Source of the DNA: Cycas panzhihuaensis
Lineage: Eukaryota; Plantae; Cycadophyta
Direction of reading: 5' to 3'
NCBI GenBank assembly: GCA_023213395.1
Contig: CM041465.1
Coordinates: 128,037,741 to 128,101,740, forward strand
DNA: 64,000 nt
The notes under the pieces were generated by a model. That model made no database searches, was not told the DNA's origin, and saw only the letters and a list, made by a program, of their open reading frames with translations. Shown in pieces: positions 12,201-22,299 of this stretch. Numbering within the stretch: position 1 is the stretch's first letter; each line of letters begins with the position of its first letter. The position numbers and the translations under genes were made by a program.

Positions 12201-14200
12201 CCTCCTCCATCCCTTAAAGTTCTCTGACTACCTTGGTCTATCTGTGAGGCTGCCTCCCTTTTGCACAACAATCTTAGAAGGGGCCTACCAACCCTCCTTT
12301 CACTCCCAAAATCTGAGCCTTTGGCATATTCTAGGTACTTAGATTCCTCTTAGTTCCCTTTGTCTCTAATTTTCCAAACCCTCTCAAGTCTACCTTGCTC
12401 CTCCCATCTAACTATAGAGGTTGGATCTTCATTTTGGGGAGTGGCCTTCTCCTCTATTTGGGTCTCCTTATCCTTGTTGGCAAGTTTAATCTCTTCCATT
12501 TAAGTCTAATGATGGGTTGGAATAGGACTCATCCTATCCCTTTCCCTCCCTTCTTCCTCCCCCTCTTCAAGGGTATCCTCCTCATCTAAGTCAAGCTCCT
12601 TTCTAGCTTTTATTCAATCTTCTTTTATCCTCTTCCTCTCATCAAGATCTCGTAGATGGCCATCTTGCTTATCACTGTTCTCACCCAAATCACCCTCATG
12701 AGTCGCCTTAGACTCCTTCTTTGATTCTCCTGGGCAGTTTTGAGAGAGGTGACCTAGACACTTACAAGTTATATATATAATATTTTCAAGTTCATACATC
12801 AAATTTTAGACTCTGCTCCATGCTTCTCCCCCAATTTTCATTTGGTTGGGGAGAGGTCTATCCAATCTGGCCTAAGTACAAAATCTTACATTCACTAGCC
12901 TACTCATATTCTTAGTGGCTGAATCCACTATTAGAAGAGGATTAATAACCTTGACTATCCTTTTTATGGCATCCAAGTCCTAAGCTTGTAATGACAAGCC
13001 AAGGAGTTAAACCCAAAGAGGGATTTACTTAATATATCCCTCAGCCAAACTGAAGTCTAAATGTTATTTCTCTATGAGGACCACTTTCCTCCCCATCATC
13101 TAAGGCGATTTGAATAGGATGCTTATCATGTCTTCTTTATATATGAATTTAAAAAGTATGAATCCCTTTAGGAGTGCTATGACCTCCATCATCCCTTTGA
13201 GTTTCTATCTTTGGCCCACCTATTTTCTGATAGGGTCCACTCTAGGTCTGGATCCTAAGAAGCATCCTACTAAGCAATTCTCCTAGTACCTCTCCATGTG
13301 ATCAGACAATCTCTTTGGGATAGGTATTCTGATCATATCCTCATTCATATTGGGGTTTATGTCAAAGGATTCTCCTTCTTTTCCATTTTTCAAGGCATCT
13401 AGATATAGTTTTTCTTTGTTTAGATTATGGATTTGGTTAGGGTTTTGAGTTTGTTTGTGATACTAGTCCTGACTAGATTCTTGACTATTATCCATATTTG
13501 AAAAGCCCAAAATTTCCTCCATTATAAAAATACTTTAGGCAATGAATTCAACATACTACTGAGGTCAAAACAAAATTCCTCACCCCACAAAGCATGAAAA
13601 CCTCCTCTTTTCTCCATACACCTCTAGGAGACATGATTCCTCAAGCTCCCTTCTAAAAAGACTTCTTGGCGATGTGCCTCATAGATCCTGCTCATAAGTA
13701 AGCATTTAATAGGGCCTTCTTCTCATTACCCTACCATAGGGATGCTTACTTCCTCACACCCATCAGAGAGCTTTCCTCAACTTCAAGGCTAGCACAAGGA
13801 CCATCCAGCGACCTAGGACTGTGTCCTCTTCTCTGTTGGAGCTACACTACCCCCCTATGTGAGCCTCCTTGATACCCATTGTCCATGGCTCATAGGCAAT
13901 CTCCCTTTGCACATTTGGGCCTAGTCTACATCCTAGTTAGGGCCTGACTGCACCCTTGCGCCCATTAAGGAGACCTTCATCTCTAGCAAGATAATCTAGA
14001 GGTCTTAGAGCTAGTTGTCGCCACCACTGAGCAAAATTCTAACAGAGCTTTCTTCATATGATCCACTATAACTATGTTAGATATGGAAAACATTTTCATC
14101 TCATGTTTTTAGATGATTACTATTATATATCTTGATTGGTTATACCACCATCTTATTTATAAGCTCTTGTTCTATTTGGAATGAGCCATGTTATTTTAAT
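6210..14200 (-). mobile_element. Decayed chromoviral Ty3/gypsy 3' part: LTR ~6210-7017, integrase core and C-terminus ~7070-7744 + 14067-14200, split by the L1
   Basis: Minus-strand translation NSNHLKT*DE..HI*HSYN...KSSF...GFQ; FQVDNQVWIHLPKE; FNIIEKVKGNSFNLDLP..GIHLVFNV. Reads continuously across the L1 TSD and is uninterrupted in the paralogue at 30290-31080. Confidence 0.75.
7745..14066 (-). mobile_element. Full-length L1 LINE (ORF1 ~13522-12170, ORF2 EN-RT-RNase H ~12140-7990), decayed
   Basis: Poly(T) 7744-7754 is the poly(A) tail. TSD tataactatgtta(a/g)at at 7729-7744 and 14067-14082, with an empty site at ~30947-30962. Motifs: LVGCFLG.RP (DUF4283-like), WLIVGDFN, HHHFVGDNILL, KINFDGATKGNP, HTYREGN. 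Many TAG/TAA stops. Confidence 0.95.
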
Positions 14201-14202
14201 CT

Positions 14203-15850
14203 AAAGAAATACTTTGATCCTATATAAAAATAAAATTAACAAAAAATAATAATGTATAAATTAAAAAAAGAACAAACAAACATTAGGATCATAATAGTAT
14301 CCTTAAGGTACCTTAACTTAGGTTTAGACCATATGAACATTATTGCAACAATATGTTAATATAATACATTGAGTATGTATTTATAATGCACAATTTCACT
14401 ATGCATGAGACCCACCATAAAATATCTACATCATAATAAAATTAATTACAAAAATATGTATTATAACTTTGTCTCATAAAGCAAGAACCAAGCTATTCTA
14501 ACACTCCCCTATAATGCATGTTTAAGACATAGATATTGCATTGAATTCATAATTCTTAATCTTTAGAAATATCTTTAAAATTATATTTGAAACTTAGTCT
14601 TCAATTTGATCTTCAACTTGCCTTTGTTGTATCAACACTTGAATGTTAAAATGATGTTTGATCTTGATATACTTCATTGTTCTTTGTAAAACTAAGTTCT
14701 CCATCATCTATATAATATTTTGATTATCATATTGAGTCTCTATAAGTTCATTCTAATTTTGATATAGATATTATAATATCTCTCTGGAATAAACTATTTC
14801 ATGAACTTCTACTTTATCTTCTTTGTATTTTAATTTAGATTTATCATTTAAAATAACTTGAGATTCTAAATGATGAACCTAAATTAAAATGTGATCATTC
14901 TTTTATCAAAATTTAGATTAAGAATACCTCTTAGATCAAGGCTAATTATCATAATCTATTTACCTTCATTAACTTATAGATTCATCTTATTATTTAAATA
15001 ATCATAATCATCTTTTAAAAGTTGTATACTCAAATTTAAATCAATATTTAAAGTAAAAATTTCACTTGAATTTAGATCATTAATAACATTAATAGATATA
15101 ACTAAATTTTATTTATATTTAACTTTAAATATAATCTCCTTTTAGGTAACAACGATATTTATAAAAATGAACAAAGAAACTTCATCATCTTGAATTACTT
15201 GATCATAATAATTAGTAGATTCTTTACATCCAATTACAATAATAGGTTCATCACACTCAACATACTCAATAACAATAGTCCCATCAATGGTCTCATTAGT
15301 TTCAATAATGTATTCAACCATAGTATCTTCATATTTAGTAGTAAATTCATCAAAGATGTTTTTAACCTTGTTCTTCTTTTATTGACATACCTTTTCTTCA
15401 TAAACTTCAAACCTTTAGCATACAATTTCTTCAAGGACTTTTACATTTTCTTGAGAATTACTATAATATTACCTTAAGGATTTGGTCTTCTAATATGAAT
15501 AAATAGGATGATATGTTCATTAACCTTTTCAAACTTATTTTTTGTCTTAAAAAATCATTGCCTTTTCTTTGAATGACTTGACATCTGAAGCATAAATAGA
15601 TTTTAACATATCTCATACTTCTTTTAAAGTAGTAACATGATGTATATAAGTGTATATATTCCTTTCCAAAGTAGAGAAGATGTAATTATATGTTTCAACA
15701 TCTTTATCCAAAAGTTTTATCAATTTCTAGTCTTGATTAGGTGTTAATTCACTTTTAGAATAAATTGGTTTTGGAGCTTGTATCCTTTAGTAATAGTATC
15801 TCATAATTGTTTAACTTCCAAAATAGGTTTTATTCTTCTTAACCATATAA
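14203..15850 (-). mobile_element. Ancient, internally deleted Ty1/copia remnant (3' LTR ~14203-14503, PPT, RNase H and integrase fragments)
   Basis: tctaaca|ctcccct (LTR start plus PPT, reverse complement) at 14497-14510. Minus translation YDNQNII..ENLVLQRTMKYIKIKHHF..EDQIED resembles the copia RNase H motif. Confidence 0.7.
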
Positions 15851-15851
15851 A

Positions 15852-16808
15852 ATGATTTACTTAACTCATACCAGGCTTGATATTACTTATGCTATTGGAT
15901 TGGTATCTCATTATATACAGAGCCCCCAAGAACCTCATTACATTACTATAAAGAGAATTCTAGAGTATATTAAGGGAATATTTAATCTTAGCCTTGAATA
16001 CCTTCATGGTGGAGAGGCAAACTTACATGGGATATATCGATGTAGATTCAGTTAGAATTACAAAAGATAGAAAATCAACTGTAAGATTCATTTTTGGTAT
16101 TGGTAATGTGTTTGTATCATAGTAATCCAAAAAGTAATCCACAGTTGCATTGTCTTCTACACAAGTTAAATATCAAGAACTAAGTGTAAGTGTAAGGGAA
16201 GCTATATACTTATAAGGACTTTTAGAGACTCTTAGAATATCTTTTAGTACACCTATTATATACATTAAAAATTAGAGTGCTATTTGACTTTTAAAGAATC
16301 TAAAATATCATACATATATGAAGCACATTGAGATTTAACACCATTACATCCATGGACATATCAGATTAGGGAAGTTGTAGGTTGAATTTTATCCAAATAA
16401 AGAATAACTAACAAATGTATTGACCAAAGCTCTAAATAAAGACAACTTCCTCAAGATTTGTACAAATTTATAGTACGAGGAGATATTAGAATGGTATCTT
16501 ATCCATTTAACCCAACAAATATTACTGTGGCTAATATATGTGCAAACATTGTCATGGTATAATAATATATTGTAATTTATTATTAAATGGGTTGATAGAT
16601 GTAATACATATGTAATATGTAAGGCACTTATGGATCTATTTAAAGGGATCTAAAGTTCATTATACTTTACACTTTTGTATTAATGCAATCTATATTTTTT
16701 ATAGTGAATTTTTACCACAAGGTTTTTCATGTCAATTTTAAATTATGTGCATGTTTATTTCATGCTTATTGTATACATAAATGATCTATTTATCTATGAT
16801 TTCTAACA
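15852..16808 (+). mobile_element. 3' fragment of a Ty1/copia (end of RT, RNase H, PPT, 3' LTR 16484-16808)
   Basis: YLTHTRLDITYAIGLVS..QSPQE.H...KRILEY; DRKST; KHIEI..HYI; LTKAL. Purine tract before tattag at 16484; LTR ends ttctaaca at 16808. Absent from paralogue B. Confidence 0.8.
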
Positions 16809-17400
16809 AATATTATACACATTCTCTAAGTTCCATCCTTTTAGGGCACCTAAATTATTAATAATCTATAAGAAGATGCATTGAGTCTAATATAACCTTT
16901 GCTCATTAGATTTTAGATCTATTTCTTGCTTTCTACATCCAGTATCAATGTTTTATATAATAAAGTGTTTGGTATAGAAACTCTTGGTAGCAACTTGATG
17001 CTATATAAAATACATCTTTTATAAGATAACCTTATATGTTCCTTGAAGAAATTTCCATATCTTATTAATAAATTATTCAATTCCCTTTACAACTACTCTA
17101 TTTTGATGGTAATAATAAAGCATCCCTTTTCAACCTTCTTATCTTCGTTTATTAGCTTAATTACTAATAAAACTTTTTTGTCATTTACACCAAGTGCTTG
17201 GCTCATTTTGTAGATATGAGTGACATTGATGTAGGTATTTTAAACCATTGATTGAGTAGTCTTTACAATCTTTAATAAGTCTATATTAGTTCAATCTCCT
17301 TCAATAAATACAATCATTATACTAAAGGCATGGATTTCCACATATAACTCATAAATATCATAATATAATATAACAATAATATAATCTATTTCATATATGG
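16809..17400 (-). pseudogene. Ty3/gypsy pol fragment (pre-RT region and RT N-terminus)
   Basis: Paralogue of 36174-36750. Translation ..IKLLPRVS.PNTLLYKT..ESKK*I*NLM.KG.IRL...PKKDGT*RMCI resembles the gypsy RT start. Confidence 0.7.
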
Positions 17401-17465
17401 AATCATGATATAATCTATTTCATTGATGTATAAGGATGAGATGGTGAACTTGAATTAGCGCTATC

Positions 17466-20150
17466 TATAATGGTTCTCACATCCATTATCTATAGTTTTA
17501 TAAGGATATAAAATGAAATGCCAAAGAAATAAAAAGGAAGCCAAAGGAAAGCTAAGCAATTGAGGTATTCTTTAATGAAGAATGTGAATTTGGTAATTGG
17601 TAATTGATTAACCTTTGCACAAAGAAATAAGCATTATTTATTCAAAAAGAGGGCACAATCCTTCATATTTACCTCTATTAAACACCATGGCATTATCATT
17701 AACCATAATGCTAATGAACTTATTAATCATTATATAGACTATTGATTTTGGTGTTCTCTTAAACATAGTGCTATACATATATGATGGTATTACAACTAAC
17801 CTTAACTTAACTAGTATCACTTATTTGCTTTGTAGGTATAAGACATGTTGTATTCCCTTCACCTTTAAGAGATAGTTATAATAAAGCATTAATAGAAATG
17901 TAGAAGATACATATTACCACCACCTATTGCTACTTGGATGTGCAAGGTCGATGTTTCATCCTTGTGCCAAAATATAGAAACTATTATTATACCTACTAAT
18001 AAAGGAAATTGATATTGCTTATACACTGGTGGATTTCTTGCCTTAAGAATTTTATTTTGATATTACATCAACATATATTAGTTATGAAAAATAAGATGGG
18101 CTTGCAAGGGAGAAGGATCAGTATTGTCATGAAAGATTTATCTTGATTCTTATATTCATTCCGAAGAGGACCTTTATTTAATGTGGGTAATAACATAAGA
18201 TGCTAGTAGTAAAATACAAGCCTCAAGGTCTTCAATAATAATGAATAAAATATGAGATATGGTTGCCTTTCTTTCCTCTCCCAAGGGAGCCTTTAAGTTA
18301 TAAAGATAATCACTAAGATGTTCTTACTTCGAATAGAAATTTCATCTTTAATATGTTGTTAAAATTAGAATGAAGTCGTCTAAACATGCCATATTATATA
18401 TAGGGTGCTAAGATTGTGCCCACTACATGAGGCCATCTTCCAAATGCATATGAACCTCTATGATCTTGTCATGCTTATTCTTGAATTTGACTTCTTAGAA
18501 AAATACTAATAAGGTTACATTATAGACATTAAAATTAATAAAACCATGGATGCTAAAGCAAATTTTTTTTCTTTCATCCTTCTTTTTAACTTAACAAAAT
18601 AAATCAAGTACTACAACTACAAGATCAATGGCTTACTAGCCAATATCTGAACAACCTCAAAATTAAGCTTAATAATTTCAAATATATAATATTAGTCATC
18701 CTAATATTCTAAGGCCCAATTTTAGACTTTAAAATTAAGTACAAAATAGCTCTAAAAGGGATCATATAATAGCTCAAATCAAAACTTAATAGAATGTAGA
18801 TTCTAATGGTTTAAACATATTTAAATTATGACACCATATGAAAGAGTTATGGCAAAAGATGTATAAGTATATACTAAAACTTTAAGATGGCTTTTTAATG
18901 TAGGTTTTAACCCCTTCTCAAAGTAAACCTATTCATGTTATGTTATGCATGTGACCACCTATTAATTGTTAGGAGGACTAAATAGACTTTAGAAACTTAT
19001 ACTATTGAATGTAATTAATCTCAACATTAGAAAAAATAAAATTTCTCCAAAAAAATTGTTCATATCATAGTGCAGACTTTTTTATAGTAGTTGTAATGAT
19101 TTTAGTAAGATCAAGGGAAAATTTGAAGCAAAATGAGTAATCAAAGAGCTAATCTAATAAGATAAGTATCTATAATTAGACCAACGTTATGTATGCATTA
19201 GGGCTTAGCAAAGCTTACAAAATGTATTGAAAGTATCACAAAAGCTTTTAGATAATGCATAAGCTACTAGAACTATGGAGAGGGTTGTAGATATCATGCA
19301 AAATGCCAAAGCATATGCAAGGGGTCATTGAATACTAAATCTATCCACAGATGAATTAGGAGGATTGTGAAGATCTATTCAGTAGCAAAACCTTTAGAAG
19401 ATGATCACCCAAACCACAGTTGAACCTTAAGAACAATATCGCAACTCTTTGTGTTAAAATTCTTCCTTATTTTAAACCATGTAGAGATTAAATGGCTATA
19501 ACAGACTCATCAATACTATAGGTAGCCAAAACACATCAAAAGATTGCATTAAGATAAAAAGATAAGATAATGGATAAGTTGTACCATCCTCTTGAGATGA
19601 TAAAGCTTTCTAGATTAAATGTTGAAAGAAACATTAATTCCCAAAAATATGTCAAGGACCTACAACAAGTGAGAAACCATGATGGATTTTCACAAGAGTT
19701 GTTGATGGTGAGAAGTTGAAACATAAAGTATAGGTTCAAGCTAAGATCACCAAAACTAATACCACTTGTAATGGTTCTTGCATATGTTGCTTATAGTTCT
19801 ATAAGGATATGAAATGAAAATCCAAACAAATAAAAAGGATGTTAAAGCAAAGTTAAGCAATTGAGTTATTCTTTAATAAAGGATATGAATTTGGCAATTA
19901 ATAATCAATTAACCTTTACACAAAGGAGGTAGTATTTATGCAAAAAGAGTGTATAACCTTTTAAATTTGCCTTCACTAGATGTTGTGCCACTATTATTAA
20001 CCTTACTGCTAATGCATTTATTAATCATTGTGTAGACTATTAGTCTTTATACATTTTTAAACATATTGTTATACACACATGATGCTACTACGACTAACCT
20101 TAGTCTAACTAATTTCACATATTTACTATATAATTATGAGACATACTTCA
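17466..20150 (-). mobile_element. Small (~2.7 kb) non-autonomous LTR retroelement of family X (3' LTR 17466-~17850, 5' LTR 19767-20150)
   Basis: Two ~385-bp direct repeats with decayed TGTA...TACA ends. PBS tggtattag (tRNA-iMet type) at ~19756-19764 on the minus strand and PPT aaaggtgaagggaa at ~17853-17866. No intact internal ORF. Confidence 0.7.
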
Positions 20151-21409
20151 ATAACATTGTTGGTTCATGTTTTTGGCATCTAAATCTTTTATGATATCAT
20201 CACTTGGAATATTTTTATTTCAAGCATAAACATTAATGGCTATAGATAATGCATATGATCATATAAATAATAAATATGCTATTCTTAAATTACATCTATC
20301 TTTCTGATTTTGGGCCTCTTACCCTAAATTAAGTATGATTTTTCTCTCACATATTAAATATATATAAATTACTTATCATTTATATTTTGCTAGATTTGAT
20401 TGCTTATACTTGCTTGTCATTTTATCTTACGTTATATTTTGACTAAACATTTGTTTCTCTATATTGCATCCCTGCTTGTCGATGGTGGAAATGAAATCCG
20501 TTCCTCTATAATAACTCATGTTATAGAGGCACAACTTTGGAGACTAAATCAACACTTGTGACAGTTACTATGATACATCTAATTTGAAAAATCTCAATGT
20601 TTCTTTATAAATAAAAACGACTCGCTAAGTTGGTTTGAGAAATAGGTTGGTAAATGGTTAAGTCTAATTAAGTGTTTAGACTTTTCCAAATTCGTTTCCA
20701 CTTTAATATATCATCGAAATCCAAATAGATGTGAAATTGGGTCTCAATAAAATTCACAAAAGATGCTCTATGTAAAACATACAAAATCTCTTTGCATCTA
20801 GCACATTGTAAACTACCACTAATGTCTAAATGGAATCATATGTCTACTATTCACTATCCTAGCACCTTTAAATGCCTCATACATATCCCTAATTAAGCTA
20901 TTAAAGAGTTATTTGTGGAATAGCCTCTATGAGAAAAACAATGGTAAGAGTGGCTTGGATTGTAGGTTGTCTTCCCAAAAAAGAGGGGTGGTGGAAGGGA
21001 TATGTTGCAGGTCATCGATCTCAAAACTCAATACAAATGAATATCCAAATTATTTACGGGCAATCACTCACATCCCACTACCACGTTTGGATGATATTAT
21101 CACACATTAAAAGGCTATAAATCCGTTTAGTTACCAACTCTTGAACATCCATATCATCCTCACTAAGAGGCCACCTAGCCACCGGTCGTATCCTCTTAAG
21201 CAAAGTTTGAAAGAATTCAGCGTAATCGGAAGATCCGCATGAGGCTGGGTATAACATTAATTTGTAGTAATAAGAAATGAACCGTCATATCCACTCATCA
21301 GTTGTGTGATATTAACAGATGATGATTTATTTGTTGTTAGCAAATGGGGAGGATAGAACCCTTTGTATAGGACATATTAACATGAAGACGGCGACCGCGT
21401 TGCATGCGT

Positions 21410-21700
21410 TCAAGGTTGAAATGGTTTGCTGAAAATAGGACATCCTCCATATGGGAACTTCTGTAAGCTCCTCCTCTCTCCATCTACCCTAATCGGAGGG
21501 TTTCTAATGGATTTTGGTCTTTCGCGATCTCTGGCGGTGTTGTTGTTGTATTCCTGTATTGCACGCTGGAGCTGTATGGCTCTACTCTGGACCACATCTA
21601 TTACAATTCTTCTCTCCTCCGAAATTCTCTGTCTGGTTACTCTAATTTCTTCAACCTCGTCTGCCACTCGTCCACGTCCTAATTGTTTGCCGCCAGACAT
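21410..21700 (-). CDS. Orphan 96-aa ORF (charged, possibly helical N-terminus); may be the 5' end of a longer decayed gene
   Basis: ATG in an A-rich context (aaaaatataATG), TATAAATA ~100 bp upstream on the same strand, inside a CpG-retaining island. No recognisable domain. Confidence 0.3.
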   Translation of the reverse strand: MSGGKQLGRGRVADEVEEIRVTRQRISEERRIVIDVVQSRAIQLQRAIQEYNNNTARDRERPKSIRNPPIRVDGERRSLQKFPYGGCPIFSKPFQP

Positions 21701-21801
21701 TATATTTTTCCTACTGCCTTACTCTCTGTATACCCAACAATTAATTAATAATATACAATCACGCCTCTCATACTATTTCACTATTCCACCTCTCGCATTT
21801 G

Positions 21802-21809
21802 TATTTATA
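21802..21809 (-). promoter_or_regulatory. Candidate TATA box for the orphan ORF
   Basis: The plus strand tatttata reads TATAAATA on the minus strand, ~100 nt upstream of the ATG at 21700. Motif match only. Confidence 0.25.
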
Positions 21810-22299
21810 TTCTTACGTTACCTGTTGTAGAAAACGTCGTCTGGAACACAGAGCGTCGTATTCTTCCATATTGTGTTTAGCGTTAATCAAATGCAGACAA
21901 TTAATTCGTATCAAGGAATAAAGTGAGGTAGTCAGCTCTTTATCGGGCGTAACAGAGATCTCTTTCTTCTTCCTTTTCTGATATGGTCGAGATCGCTAAT
22001 TGCTAATGGGTTTGCTTGCAATCCTGCGCATCCAAAATATCCTAAGTGGGGGTTGATTACTTCGCTTAATCTCTTCCTTCTACATACAACCACCGAGTGT
22101 CTTTCCTTGTTAACGTAACATACCAAGGTGACGACCAAAGAGAGGCCATGTTCCAAACCTCATGTCCCACATGAGAAGGGAGCATAAACTACAATTAGGA
22201 CCAGCATTATGAGGCGTCCAATGATCCATCTTATAAATAGAACCTAGCACCCAAGGGATGCTACATCAAACACCATTAGACCTTTCTTACTTTTCCATT

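Noticed and set aside
15190-15477. Asn/Ile/Phe-rich ORF repeated at 32037-32246 as a conserved small gene
   Set aside because: It is antisense to a decayed copia, and the recurrence is explained by the segmental duplication.
17830-18440. Decayed Ulp1/C48 protease of a MULE on the + strand (IIIP...; DCAHYM)
   Set aside because: The segment is bounded by a PPT, LTRs and a PBS on the minus strand and is better explained as the internal region of the small LTR element. The motif matches are weak.
21217-21301. C/D-box snoRNA or hammerhead ribozyme on the minus strand (CTGATGA...CTGA)
   Set aside because: No terminal stem, imperfect C box, no recognisable rRNA guide, and no GAAA after the putative hammerhead stem II.
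21426-21830. 134-aa hydrophobic + strand ORF as a membrane protein
   Set aside because: Non-ATG start and Leu/Ser-rich composition, as expected from the antisense of the purine-rich minus-strand ORF.
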